Of a stretch of DNA of 64,000 bases, positions 1 to 13,940 are shown one piece after another (positions within the stretch are counted from its first letter, which is position 1; the number at the start of each line of letters is the position of its first letter). A program made the translations under genes and the position numbers. This stretch comes from Mobula birostris. Taxonomy: Eukaryota. The notes beneath the pieces are model-generated. The model ran no database searches. It worked only from the letters and a program-made list of their open reading frames with translations, and was not told where the DNA came from. The stretch covers positions 215,138,031 to 215,202,030 of the forward strand of contig NC_092371.1 of assembly GCF_030028105.1 (NCBI RefSeq), in the 5' to 3' direction.

Positions 1-394
1 CATGCAAATTACTATTGACTATTTTGGACTGAATTTGAATTTGTGCAAGCTGATAGTTGAGAATGAGTCTGTTCTTTGGAGGTTGGCTACAGGCACACAG
101 GAAGGAGGGGCAGGGAGGCTGGCGTTCTCCACTGCTAATGGTGCTCCATTGCCTCTTTCGTCTGTTCATGGGGACTGGATGGGGGTGGGGGGAGGGAGGT
201 CGGCCTGGCGTTTGGGAGGGTCTGGTGAGACCACGGAGACTACATGTTCTTGGAGAGGGATTGATAGCAGTAGTAGGAGGAGTGGGGAAAAGAAAGGAGG
301 GAGTTCAGCAAAGGTTTGGGTAGAGATGTAGGGTTCAGGGAGTAGGCTGCGAAGGCAGCATTTGGAGGAGTTTTTACTTAGAGATATGGCAATG

Positions 395-578
395 AGCTCA
401 CTCTGCTCAATTGCACACATATGACCAATTAAACCACTAACCTGTACATCTTTGGAATGCCGAAGGAAGCCAGAACACCCAGAGGAAACGCACGCAGTCA
501 TGAGGAGAATGTGCAGACTGTAGCGGTACTGAACCTGGCGGAGGCTGTAAATCATTACACTAACCACTAGGCTAGCAT
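395..578 (-). mobile_element. V-SINE (HE1-like) fragment
   Basis: ccaattaaaccactaacc...tctttggaatg...ggaagccagaacacccagaggaaac is the reverse of the V-domain SINE body. Confidence 0.6.
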
Positions 579-1059
579 TGAAGACTTTGAGAGTAACCTG
601 AAGAGTGGGTTATATATTTTAACTCAAGACCCCCCCCCCCCCAAGGTCTGTGTACCCCTATGACAAGCTCATTCAGGACAAGAAGTCTGGGGTTTGCCTG
701 CTATTTCAATAGCTCATGGAGACATGGTGTGGAACTTGCATTGGGGTTGCAAGGTTGACTTAACACCAGGAAGTGTTGAATCCATATTCATGAACTGCCA
801 TAACTTAACCTGGAGATGTTTGGAACTTTGAGCTGATTCAAACCCCGGTCAGATACCAGTGGAAAATAAAGCATCACGTTACCCAGTTTCCAAGCTGTGT
901 TTCTCCTGTCAGTGGGGGAAAGATATGAACAACTCTGCATGAATTTCAAAGGAGACTCATATGGGATGGGGCATCAGAATCTTCAAAATGCACCAATTCA
1001 TTAGGATTTGTCCCATTGGCTACATGCTAACTAAAAGCCTAACTCTTCAAGGATATCAG

Positions 1060-1690
1060 GATCATAAGACATTGGAGCAAAATTAGGCCATTCCGCCCAC
1101 TGAGTCTGCTCCTCTATTCATCATGGCTGATCCATTTCTCTCTCAACCCTATTCTCCTGCCTTCTCCCCGTAACCTTTCACATCATGAATAATCAAGAAC
1201 CTATCAACCTCTGTCTTAAGTACACCCAATGACCTAGCCTCCACAGCCACCTGAGGCAACAAATCGTACAGATTCTCCATCTTCTGGCTATAGAAATTCC
1301 TCCTCACTCTGTTCTAAATGGATGCCCCTCTCTATGCTGAGGCTGTGCCCTCTGGTCCTTGACTCCCCACCATAGGAAACATCCTCTCCACATCCACTCT
1401 ATCTAGACTTTTCAGCATTTGATAGGATTCAGTGAGAACCCCCTTCATTCTTCTCAATTCCAGCAAGTAAAGGTCCAGAGCCATGAATGTCTCCTCATAA
1501 GCCTTTCCTTACCAGAATCATTCCCGTGACCTCCTCTAAACCATCTCCACTGTCAGCACATCCTTTCTTAAATAAGGGGCCCAAAACTGCTGACAACACT
1601 CCGTGAGGCCTCACCAGTACGTTATAAAGCTCCAGCACTGGTGAGGCCCTATAAAAGTGAGGCTTTGTAAGACACTGGTGAGGCCTCAGT
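1060..1690 (-). mobile_element. CR1 LINE 3' fragment
   Basis: Reverse of a CR1 ORF2 C-terminus and 3' tail (cataagac..ggagcaaaattaggccatt). Confidence 0.85.
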
Positions 1691-1772
1691 TGCCTTTAGG
1701 TGTCTGATACCTTAATTAAGAGGCAAATGTAGTGGAAGCAATATGGTAATTCCTCAACAAACTGGATAATGG

Positions 1773-2591
1773 AAAAATGCAAATATGGGGAATCTAAAAT
1801 AAAAACAGAAACTGCTGAATCACTCAAGAGAGGTCAGGCAGCATCGGTGAAATGATAAACAGTTAGAATTACAGGTCCAACGCCCTACACGAGGACCTGG
1901 AAATAGAGAAACACAAGTCTGAAGTTGCAACGAAGTGGTGGGCACATGGGGGTGGGGAATAGATAGAAGCAAGAGAATAATTGTGAAAGGGTGAGGTCAG
2001 GGTTGCCATGGGGATGAGTAATGGTCGGTAGGTTAATGGCAGCAGTCAGACTGTGACGGGACAAGCAATGGAGAATAAAATGTTGCAGGTTTGTTGGACA
2101 TGTTCAGCAAGTCGGGAGGTGACCATGGAGAGAGGAGAAATGGAGCCAATGTCACCTAGAAGAGACTTAGAAGAGAAATAGCAGTTCTGATGCAGACAGA
2201 GAAAGCAAGCTACCTCAAACTACGCAATTCGATACTGAGTGTGAAAGGCTACCCAGTGTGCCAGTTCCAAAGCTGAGGTGTTGTTCTAAGTTTCCAGTGG
2301 GCCTTACTCCAAACGGTGTAGGAGACCATAGGCAATAGTGCCACACAACAGGAAACTGAGGATTACTACTGCAGACTGAATGCAGGTACTCCACAGAATG
2401 TTCACCAAATCTGCATTTGGGTTTTCCACTGTCAACCTATCACAGATATTCACTCCCGCTCTTCTCTGCAAATTAAAGCAAACTTGTTTTTCCCTCTTTC
2501 CCAGTTCTAATATGAAGGGTATTAACTCACTTCCTCTTTCCGCAGATGCTGCCTGATGCACTGAGTGGCTCCAGAATTTTCTGTTTTTATA
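1773..2591. mobile_element. Old Penelope-like fold-back insertion
   Basis: Ends are diverged inverted copies of the PLE tail (ataaaaacagaaactgctg...ggcagcatc / gatgctgcctg...aattttctgtttttat). Confidence 0.55.
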
Positions 2592-2800
2592 ACTGGATTG
2601 ACAGTCTCAGGTTGGGTGAATTATCTTCCAGTGGTAGTGGCACCGCAGTGGTCATGGCAGGTAACCTTTCCTGCTGACAGGAATTCGTAAAAACTAAAGG
2701 GAGGGAGTATAACACCTCTCCACAACTCCTGATTTCCAAAGTTGCTAAAGTTGAAAAGAATCCTCAGTAGTGCCCTTTTGAAATCAAAGTGCATTTGGAC

Positions 2801-2881
2801 CAGGAGTTCCCAACCTTTTTTTATGCCATTGACCAATACCATTAAGCAAGGGGTCCATGAACCTTAGGTTGGGAAACTCTC
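2801..2881. mobile_element. About 80-bp hAT MITE
   Basis: Imperfect TIRs caggagttcccaacc / ggttgggaaactct. A reverse copy lies at 16594-16676. Confidence 0.65.
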
Positions 2882-3259
2882 TTTGACATTCTTCGGGTCT
2901 GATGACCACAGAGTGCTGTGTTTGATCAAGGGATCCCCAGATAAGGCAAAGTGACTTTCTGTAGCATGCCTGGATAAAAAGAGTGTGATAACCTTTTTGA
3001 GTTTCCCATGTTTCTGATCTGCACCTCGATCACAAGGAGAGGACTGAACCATGTAACCTGCTGATACTCACCCTGCAAGGGTCATTCCTGTTACTCATGG
3101 AGAAATACCACACCAAGAATTGCTGTCATCGGGAGAAGCTTGGAGGAAACGGGGAAATAAAGTAAAGGGGAAAGCAAAACATTGGGGAAAAAATCAGAAA
3201 AGAGAAAACTATTCAGCCTTATTCAGCTGTTAAATGCAGTTAAACAACACACGATGCTC

Positions 3260-3538
<279 letters not shown>

Positions 3539-4134
3539 TTAAACAAAAACTCTGTGGATTATTATAATAACAAGCAGCAAAAACACATCAATACCGCATT
3601 AGCAAACAGGCACATTTTCTGGCTTGCTGTAGTTGGCAAAACAGCCATTACAATGTTAGTAGCGTAGTTACACTACATCACTGAAGACAGGTCTGAGGAG
3701 TTTTGAAGGTTTTCCATAACTTATACAGTAAATTCTAGTTTACATGCAGTAACTGAGAAAAAAATTGGGAAGTATCCCCAGAAATAATTTAACTTTTCAC
3801 CTTCAATAAATATGCCATCAAAAAAGGTTGATGGCCTTTCTATATCTTCTTATGTCAAATTTAAGGACAGGTGGAATTGAAGCCAGAGTAATTATAACAA
3901 CCAGAAACCTTGCTGCCTAGCCCACCGATATCATTCACTCAGCAAACAATTGCTTCTTAGCAAATACCTTCTTAAAAGCATTGATTTCTTGTTCCATGCC
4001 TTTCTGTCTAGCCGACTTGTTGGTGAAGATATCCATGTTTCACAGATCAGCAACTTATTTTTTTAGATATTTAACTTTTGGAATGTAACTGAATTGCAAT
4101 TATAACTTACTGTCTATTACCAAAAATGTAATCA

Positions 4135-4362
4135 AATAAGACCGTAAGCTATAAGATGGTGGAGCAAAATTAGGCCATTTGGCCCATCGAGTCTGCTCTG
4201 CCATTTCATCGTGGCCAATCCATTTTCCCTCTCAGTCCCAATCTCCTACCTTCTCCCCGTGTCCTATCATGTCCCAACCAATCAAGAATCTATTAACCTC
4301 TCCCTTAAATATTCACAAAGACTTGGCTTCCACAGCTGCCTGTGGCAAAGAATTCCACAGAA
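4135..4362 (-). mobile_element. CR1 3' tail
   Basis: Same family as 1060-1690 and 49820-51080. Confidence 0.75.
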
Positions 4363-4689
4363 ACTAATTACAATGTCAAATTAACAATGTCATTAAATAG
4401 GATGTAATACTTTAGACTAAAATTTGCATCAATATAATATGCAAACTCAATTGCATTGCTACCCATTTCAGTCATCTGTTGATATCCGATTGCAACTGGC
4501 TAACGTAATGTTAATTGTCAATGCCTCAGTATACAGAAGGCTGCAGTTCTTAATGGTGTACATGTGCTTTACAGATACTTCCTTTGCTCTCAATACTTTT
4601 TCCTTTCTTCACTTGATTCTTCCTTGATTCTTCACTTGTCAGGGTTACCTGTTGCTACTCTTGTCATCTACCACCAGCTTTTAAGATTA

Positions 4690-4930
4690 TTTATTTATTT
4701 TCATTCAACGATACAGCACAATAGCAGGCCCTTGCAGTTCAACGAGCCCCCGCTGCCCAATTACGCCTCCATGAACAATTAACCTACTAACCCCATATGT
4801 CTTTGGGATGTGGGACGAAACCCACACAGTCAGTGAGAATGTGCAAACTGCTTACAGACCGCAGGATGAAATGACGCAGGGACAGTGGCGCTGTAGAGCG
4901 TTATGCTAACCGCTATGTGACTGCGCCGCT
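4690..4930 (-). mobile_element. V-SINE (HE1-like) with CR1-like tail
   Basis: caattaacctactaaccc..gtctttgggatgtggga body preceded by an atacagcaca..caggccc tail. Confidence 0.55.
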
Positions 4931-5806
4931 CCAAGTTCTAGCTCTCAAATATTATTCATCTTTTTCCCTTCATAATTGCAGCTCTTCACTCAACTTTCTC
5001 TAGCACCAGTCAAGGATATGAAGTGAAGCCAAGGGGCGGGTGGAGAAAATGAAGGTGACAAAAAACTGAATATAAAGATAATTCAGCCCCCACAACTGCA
5101 ACAAAATAAGATGGCTAATATCTGCAAATGAAAGATTACAGTTCTGTCTGGGAGAAAGACACCTTCTTTCTACTAAATGGTTTGCATTCATTGTGTAAAT
5201 TTTCAGGTAAAAAAAAGGAAGATCAGGTTAGATGGCCCTAGAGTCTTCTACCATTCAATAAGATCACAGCTGTTCTCATCACTGGCCTCATGTTGACTTC
5301 CTTATCCGAATCCTGTAACTCTATTTCCCTGTGGGTTAAAACTTTATCCACTTCAGCTTTTGGTAAATGACAGTATTGTGCTTTAAAGAAATGGCTATTG
5401 CCAGCAGCAATCAATTGCTGTGAAAAGAACTGCTCTTGATCACAAGGTGTTTGAGAGTGTGTGGTGACACTCTGTTAAAACTATCATCCCTTCCATGATG
5501 CCATGGGATAAGCACCTTTGATGTGATATCTCCTGGGCAAAGTGAGCTTTATTTTAAAGAGGGGATTGAATCCTGAGCTGGCTTAAGGCAAATGCATTAT
5601 GCTCAAGACACACAAGCCTGCTTTACAGTTGATCTCACAGTAAACAAGTGGTTTAAGTAAAAATTTAAACCGCCAAGATTTGAAATTTGCCATTTACAAA
5701 AAAGGGAAAGAAAATCAATTTGCCCAAGTATTATTCAAATTTCAGCAATAAATAACCTTGAGGAGAAACAGAAAAGGAAAATGAAAGAGAATGTATTTAA
5801 GCTTAC

Positions 5807-6175
5807 CAATTCCTTCCTGAGCCAGTTCAATGCCTGGTCGATATTTTCAAAGCCACTAAATTTCCCTGGAGTCAAGCTCCTATCCTTGTCAGAATTCTCA
5901 CTGAGTTGCTTTTGTGCTTTCTTGAGGTTGCTGGGGTCCTCACTGGGTTTCTTTGTAACTGCAGGCTCTTGGTCATCCAATGGCTTTGTGCTTTTCCAGT
6001 CTTTCCTTTCCAGATTGGCTTTCCACTCTAGGTAAGAAGGCCTTCTGGTTTCAAGTCTCAGTTTCTGGGTCAGTGCTTTTAAACTCCTCAGGTGATCATC
6101 AGTCTGACTCTCTGGGTTGTCCTGTTCATCTTTGAAAAGACTTACTTCAAGTTTTGGCACAGACCAGGAGGCCAT
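5807..6175 (-). CDS. FAM167A: FAM167A first coding exon (123 codons)
   Basis: Motifs DDHLRSLKALTQKLRLETRRPSYLEW and GFENIDQALNWLRKEL. Donor TTG|gtaagc at 5806-5801. Exon acceptor ttctgttctctattacag| with the exon starting at 6203. Spliced protein is 210 aa. Confidence 0.95.
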
Positions 6176-8084
6176 TCTGCCTTACTTACAGCGTAGCTGT
6201 TATCTGTAATAGAGAACAGAACCTCACTTTTTTAAAAAACTAATTCATTAAGACATTTCAGAAGTTCCAACATTAAAATTCCTCAATTTATGAGATTATT
6301 ATTAAAGTAAACAAGATTACCTTAAGAACTAATATTATTTGGATTGTAAAGAATCATAAAATACAGCATTAATAATGATCATTCAGTGTACAAATATTAT
6401 TATATATTTTATAATGCTCAATATAAACTCAAAAAAGCTAAAGATGGTAAATAACGTAATCTTTTTTATAGTGACACCTTTACGTTTATGAAGATTGTTT
6501 ACTGACATAAAATTCTGATGATCCTGGTAGTCATGAGTAATGGAAACACATTCAAATTTTTGAACCTACACACAGATGGCTGTCGTTTTTGCCTGCTTCC
6601 TTTAGTGCCCAGCAGGCCACAGACTCAGTACACAAACACTCAGCTGCAGGTTGCCTGTCTTAACTGAACAACAAAATCTACCGTGGACAGAATTCATTCA
6701 TCATTGTAGTAGTCCCAACAGTAAACAGCATCACTGGATATTCTGTTGTTTGACTCAGTACAGTTGTTTACCACCTGTCATGGTTGGTGCGATTGCAATA
6801 GCAAATTTGGACTCTAAACTTGCAGGTGGCAAACGTCTTCCATGTGGCTGAGTATTCCTGCCAGAAAGCTGCCATGCCATTACATTGGAATAAAAAACAC
6901 CAGGATGTTTATGGATGCCAGGAATCTACTTGAGCGCTCTCCCATTAAGCACACTGACTTTATCTAAAGATCAATAGAAACTCAGATTAATGACTATCTG
7001 GACTTGCTGGTCAATTGAGAGTCGCCAAGGAAATTTCTAGTGACAAATGTAGGAATACTTAAAAGAGAACAAGTAGACAGAATTTAGAAATAAATGAAGT
7101 TTTATTTTAAATAAGTAAAGAGAAGAATAAATTATCAATATCATCACTGGGACTTATTGGGGTGTTTTGTTAATTGGCTGATGTAACTTCAGTGTAGGAT
7201 TGATAAACGAACCTTTTATCTCAGCTGGGGTTTTTCATCGTTTACCTGTTAGCAAGAAAACTCTCAAGGAAGCATAAAGCAGATTTAATACTCAACAACT
7301 AAAGGTGGCCAACATCTTCTAGATTTCCTTCTTGCAGAACAGTGATTTGTAATAATATTCCACCTGTAAGTTTGTGAACAATGCACTCACCTGGTAGCTT
7401 AAGGCAAGGTGACAAAGTACAGAGAAAGTTTTAACTGCTTAGCGTGCATAGATAATTAATCTGCCACTGAATCTCTTGAGCACAGCTTCAATAAATTTGA
7501 GGGTGAGGAATGATTTGTGAATGACTGGCAGATTCAGCATCAGTTTTCAGTGGTTGTGGTGGGGTAGGTCATGAGCCTCTCCCTAAAGTGGAATCCCATA
7601 TTTTCTAGGGCAGCCGAATTATCTTTCAAACCTGTTCTGGTGCTGCCTGATAATGCTGCTTCAATATTAGCTTTCCGTTGGCAATAGCTCCCAGAATCCT
7701 GTTAGCGATTGGAGGAATAGTCAGAACTGCAGAATTGGGTGTTGCGACGGCCAAGCTCTTTGGAGAACACAAGCATCATTCACTTTTGTTTACTTTTCGA
7801 ACAGATGGCCACTATTTGAGTATTTAGTTTACCTGCCATATAATTCTTTATTTTACAATTAAATATTATCCGTTATCAGGAATGAGTCTTGTGGGAGAGT
7901 CCGCTGTCAACCCAAGCCTGAAATCGGCTGAAGAAAGCCCCTCTGCTTCAGATACTCCCGTACTTAGCACAGGCTCAGTTTTAAATAGGCTGTTAGTAGG
8001 CGTCCACTAGTCCACCGAAAGCAGAGGTGCTCAGGTTAGGATTGGAGGACACTGATTAAGAGGTTGATTATATCTGCCTTCACC

Positions 8085-8290
8085 CAACACCTTCTAGCCT
8101 CTTTCTCCTCCCCCACCACCCCCAACCTTTTATTCTGGCATCTTCCCCCTTCCTTCTCAGTCCTGAAGAGGGGTCTCGGCCCGAAACTGCTTATTTATTT
8201 CCATAGATGCTGCCTGACCTGCTGAGTTCCTCCAGCATTTTGTGTGTTATTCAGGATTTCCAGCATCTGCATACCTTCTTGTGTTTATGA
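8085..8290 (+). mobile_element. Penelope-like 3' terminus with hammerhead motif
   Basis: cagtcCTGAAGAggggtctcggcccGAAAc followed by the gatgctgcctgacctgctgagttcctccagca...ccagcatctgca tail. Confidence 0.75.
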
Positions 8291-8524
8291 TTTGCTGGTA
8301 GACCTTGGTTTGTTGAATTTTAATGGCTTAATCAATTTAAAATTTGTAAACATTTATCTTTGATTTATTTAGTGCGTCCTCTTTTGGGGGTATTACCCTT
8401 TACAGTATAATTTTTGTTATTCTCTATCTGAAAAATGTTATTTCATACTTCTACATGCTGAATGGCATCCAACTCCTAACAGTCTAATGCACTAATTATG
8501 TCCTCATTTGTCTATGAAGGTTCT

Positions 8525-8800
8525 CGTAATCCAAGTCACTGCATATCAAGCAGTAGTAAATCAAGGTAACTGGACTTGCCACTCATCTGAGACGCTTCTT
8601 TAGTTCTGATCCATGGTGGGTAGTTTTCTGGTTTATAAACTCGGTGAGTTTAATGGTATAGCAATCACATGGGGGTTGTTAAGAGTCATAGAGGTAATGA
8701 GAGGGCCATTAGTCTCACCTTTGCATGAACAGAGGTGTGAACTGTTGTGGCGACGTTGGGGTAGAGATGTTAGGACTGCACTGCAAGTAGTTGACAGGTG
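8525..8800 (-). mobile_element. Degenerate second-family Penelope-like terminus
   Basis: ggtaactggactt...ctcatctgagacgcttctttagttctg resembles the reverse of fish PLE ends that carry a CTGAAGAAG..GAAAC hammerhead; strongly decayed. Confidence 0.35.
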
Positions 8801-8899
8801 GTGTTGTACCCACCCCCTCTGTCCAGGGATGGGTTTTCCAGCTAGACAAAAATTTCTCCTTTACCCCCTTTTTCAAACTATCAAGAGCCAATCTTGATG

Positions 8900-9490
8900 C
8901 CAATTTATATTACAGATCCTCTTCCTGTGTATCATTCATATTCCTCCAACCCCTTCAAGTTCATATGGCTACCTAAAAGCCTCTTAGATTCCACCAGAAC
9001 TTCCCAATTTCACTCCTAAACTTGGAAACCCACTCTAAACATCTACCATCCTCTGCTTAAAAACTTTCCCCGCACATCACACTTAAACTTCCCTCCTCTA
9101 ACATTAAAAGTATGCCCTCTAGTTTTGCCATTTCCATCCTGGGAGAAAAATTCTGTCTGCATTATTCATGCTTTTTGTAACTTATAAAAAATCTCTGTTA
9201 GGTCTCCCATCAACCTCTGAAGTTCTAGGGAGTCTGTCCTATCATTCCTTATACCTGTAGCTCCTACCAGTTATACCAGGCAGTATCCTGGTAAACCTCT
9301 TCTGCACCCTCTCCACATTTTTCCTATAATGGGGTGACCAGAATTAACACAGGACTCCAAGTGTATAAAGTTTTATATAGCTGCAGAATAACTTTATTAC
9401 TCTTACACTCAAAACCCTAACCACAGAATAACTTTATTAATCTTACACTCAAAACCCTAACCAATGAAGGCAAGTATGCCATATGTGCGG
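8900..9490 (-). mobile_element. Degenerate CR1 fragment with a 40-bp tandem duplication (9384-9463)
   Basis: Reverse CR1 ORF2 remnants (ggtgaccagaatt..cacaggactccaagtg). cagaataactttatta.tcttacactcaaaaccctaacca occurs twice. Confidence 0.65.
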
Positions 9491-11756
9491 ACAGAAACTC
9501 TCCTGAGTATTTCCAGCACTTGTTGCTTTTATTTCAGAATTCCAACATTTGTCAATTTTGCTCTCAGATGATAAAATAAGTGAGGTTTCTTGCCAATTTG
9601 TTTCCTGAAAGGATCTGCAATCTGTGGCTCACATTGCTCCAGTTCCTCACCTTCATTCATAACGTGTGTCTAGACCTGAATTAGCCAGGCTCTTCAATCA
9701 ACCTCATATATAACAGAGAGAAAAAGACCCTGGAACATTTTTAATTCCATTTTCACAAATGGTAAAGTAGAATGACTCTCAAAAGGTCATTAGACAAGGA
9801 TTTAGATTTAAATAGTATGAAAAGAAAGAGTGAAAAAGCAGGAAAATGGTCAAATTGTTCCAGTTGGGGGGTTAATACAAGTAAGAAGGACTGAATGACC
9901 TCTATGAGGTTTTATACACTTCTGAAGTAATCATTTTAAATATTTTCTGGTTGAGTCACTAACACTGATTGTTTTCAAAATGTATACAGTATATGAAAAC
10001 AATTTCCTGCTTATAAATCTCTCTGTATTCCACTTACTGAAATTTTTTTACAGAGATCTTTACTTATTTGTCTATATCCCAGTGAGTGAAGGGCTTTCCC
10101 ACTCTTCTGTTCCCCTCAGGACAACCTTTTCATCTCAGTAATTAATCTATACTGTATCATCAACAAGGAGCAACATCTTTCCATGGGTAAGAGGTGAAAC
10201 TGCACACAAGAAAACATGTACAAAAAAAACTTGTACAAAAACAGCAAGATTCTAACCTTACTGCAACAGAGTTCCACAATCCTTCCCAGCTGTAGTGGCA
10301 CCTATATATCTATATATTTACCGTTTTCTATGTAAACACATTCAGATCCCTCTTTAAACAGTTTAACAGTTTGTCATCATTTCTAAAACATGTTTACTCT
10401 AATCTTCTTTCTAAAAGGAACAATCTTAATTTTCATCACACTATATATTCAATGCCATCTTCTTCCTACAGAAATTTCTGTCCAGATTCTTGGTCAAACT
10501 CTACAGTACATCCTTCTCACAGCTCTGTTCATCTCAAACTTACTTATCCCCCATTTTTCAGATCTTTACTATGGACAATTCAATGTATACTGATTCATAT
10601 GGCAAAAATGGGCCAACCAAAGGATGATGCATTATTCATACTTTTGTTTTCTTTCTATCAATCAGTCTACTGGTCTTACTACTCCAAATCACAAGCCTTA
10701 TTTCATAACATAAGCTATCACAGCAAAATACTTTTGAACAATACCCAGCACTTAATTGGTCTCCTTGTTAAAGGCGTCAGATGCAGCAAAGCATGAAAAC
10801 ATTTTCATTTTATGAAATATGCCTACTCCACCCAAACACAGTAAATTGCTCTAAAACCACCGTGACCACTTGTGAATAACGATTTCTAGCACTTTCCGAT
10901 AACCGATGTCAGGCTCTCGGGTTTGCATTTTCTTTCTTTCCGGAAAAGCATCATTATGTTCACTGATTTTCATTCTATTAGAATCATTCAAGAATCCCAG
11001 AATTTTTTTCTCTCTGAAGATCATCACCAATTTATACAGCGAATTTTAGAAATCATCAGTTACAGGGCATTTTATTTGCATTTCGCTAATGTTAATTACT
11101 TCAAGTTCCTCAATTAAGTTCATTGGCTTCTCGCTATTTTTGGTTTGTTGTACTGTTTCTTCTACCATGAAGCAAAACAAAATATTTGTTTAACGTTTTA
11201 GCCATTTCCTTCTAATCTTAAGATACAGAATGTTCTACTCCCAGTGAATGGTACACTTAAACCTAATTTTACAATGAGAGATCTATAACTAGTTACAAAT
11301 AGATTATTAAGATTTAGGACTGGCATGAATCGCCCTTGTTCGTTTTCTTTAACATGGAAATATTTGTACTCACGTGCTTTAGATAATAATACTGTTTTAA
11401 ACGGTTGGCAAAGATATATTTCGTTCTGAGTGCTGGTTGATACAGTATTAAGATTCTATTATTGCAAAAGCGGGAGGCAATCCTTTGTAGTGAGCCCCCA
11501 CATGGCATAGATCAGAAATGACAGACACATTCGGGTGGTGTGGCAAATGACAGTTTCATGGGTGAAGTACTGCCCGCCAATTCTCACTCCTTCAGTCTCC
11601 CCCATCCTTTAGATCCTATAAAACTGGAAAGGTCTTGTTTAGGCAGGTATAAAAGCATATGGAAATAAATCGGACTGCCCCTTCATTTCTTACATTTACC
11701 ATTCTGTTCACAAGACCCAGAAAGCAGGCGTCCCTCCGAATGCACTGAGAGAGAAG

Positions 11757-12110
11757 GTGTGCTCACCTGCTTTTACTGGGGGAAGGAGCTATGCCCAGGG
11801 TCCATGCTGCAGCTTTCGGATTGCACCGACCACCTGCAGCCGGCGGCGAGAGCTTCTTCTCAGCACGAGTCCCTGGGAAAAAGCTGGGATTTCTGCGTCA
11901 GGGCCGTTGCTGGGAGACCGCAGAGGGTATTTAGCTCCAGTTATTCCTCAGCTCCTCGTCTGTGTGTGTGTGCGGTGCAGACTCCTATCTGTCTCACTCC
12001 GACAGGGAATGCAGCACTAGCTGCCCGGGTCCTAGCGCCTTCATGTTACTGCCTGTTCCAGTTGTGGTGAGTCAGTGCACACAAAAACCGTTTTCAGGGC
12101 AGGTCTCGGC
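11757..12110 (-). promoter_or_regulatory. Probable FAM167A promoter / non-coding first exon (small CpG-rich segment)
   Basis: Locally CpG-rich unique sequence. Strong minus-strand donor CAG|GTGAGC at 11767/11766. AP-1 sites TGAGTCA at 12068-12074 and 12518-12524. The ATG-bearing exon has an acceptor, so an upstream exon must exist. Confidence 0.55.
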
Positions 12111-13940
12111 ACGCAATAAAGAACATTTAGATTCTTGATTTTAATGCCTTGTTGACTATTAGTTAAATTTAGTTCCCGATTTTTTTTATCTTCCTGAAGA
12201 TTCTATTCACTTGGACCAATATATTTCCATACAAACTTCTATTCGTTTCTGCTTTGAAATTTTGCCATGTTTTCGTCCTTTATAAGCGGCATGGCGGAAG
12301 AGTGAAATGGACGATATTGAGTAGGTAACAATTTTTACAATCACTTCCCATTCCTCACTTTCACAAATTTAACAGAAGGAGGTGGAACCGTGGCCCTGAC
12401 CTTATCCGAAGATGGATCTGAATCTGAATCTGATGAAGTTCCCGAATTGCTGCTCTGCCTGACATTAACTAATACCGTACTTTCAGAGAATAAGCCTAAG
12501 AGTCCAGTCCAAGTGGCTGAGTCATTCGCTTAAAAGTAGTGGGAATGTTTTATCTTTTTTCCTAAATAACACGTTTTTAATGGATGGAATATATTCTGTA
12601 ATGTAATTCAACACCATCCTGCAGAAAGCACTAATTTACCAGTGGATGAAGCTGACAATTGAAGGGATAGCTACACACCTGGAAATAAACTGAATTTGTT
12701 GCTCAAAGTAATGAATGTTTCGTTAAAATTGAACCTTGCTCTTGGATGCTTGACGTAGCATTACACATGTTGTATCTCTGCAGCTGCCTGGGGATCAGTT
12801 TGCTTGATTCCTATTTTCAACTATTCTGAAGTACAAAGTAAATTTATTACTTTAGTTCATATATCTCACTATATACGACCCTGAGGTTCATTTTCTTGCA
12901 GGAATACTGAATAAATCCACAATAGAATAATGACCATAATAAAATCAATAGAATCAAGAGTCTGATGGTTGAGGGGTAATAACTATTCCCAAACCCAGTG
13001 GTGTGACTCCTGAGGCTCCTGTACCTTCTTCCAGGTGGCACAATGAGAAGAGAATATGTCCTGGGTGATGGGAGTGAGGGTGTCCCTAATGATAGATGCT
13101 GTTTTTTTTTGTGAAAACGTTTCATGTAGATGTGCTCAATGGTGGGGAGGGCTTTACCTGTGATGGACTGTACCATATCCACCACTTTTTGTAGGATTTT
13201 CCATTCAAGGGCATTGGTGTTTCCTACCAGGCTGTGAGGCAGCCAGTCAATATACTCTCTATTACACATCTATAGACGTTTGTCAGAGTTTTAGATCTCA
13301 TGGCAAATCTTTGCACACTCCTAAGGAAGTAGAGACACTGAGGTGTTTTCTTCATAATTGCACTTACATACTGGGCCCAGGACAGGTCCTCTGAAATAAT
13401 AACACTGAGGAACTTAAAGTTGCAATTAATAATAGATCTCTGGTTTCCTCCTCCTGAAGACAGTAATCAGCTCCTTGGTCTTGTTGACAAGGAGGAAGAG
13501 ATTGTTGTAATGGCACCACTCAGCTGGATTTTCAACCTCCTTCCTATATGCTGATTTGTCACCACCTTTGAGTCAGCCTATGACAGTAGTGTCATCGGAA
13601 AATTTGAATATGGCATTGGAGCTGTGCTTAGCCACACAGTCATAGTGTAAAGTGAGCAGAGGTCTAAGCACACAGCCTTGTGGTGCACCTGTGTTGATGG
13701 AGATTGTGCAGGAGATGTTGTTGCTAATCCAAACTGACTGGGCTCTGCAGGTGAGAAAATTTAGGCTCGAATTGTGCAAGGATGTGTTGAGGCCAAGATC
13801 TTGAAGCTTATTGATTAGTTTTGAGGGGATGACAGTATTGAATGCTGAGACAACAGGAATTCTGCAGATACTGGAAATTCAAGCAACACATCAAAGTTGC
13901 TGGTGAACGCAGCAGGCCAGGCAGCATCTCTAGGAAGAGG

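Noticed and set aside
9384-9463. Direct repeats here and at 26084-26123 as array-like structure
   Set aside because: Simple two-copy tandem duplications inside CR1 remnants; no spacers, not CRISPR-like.
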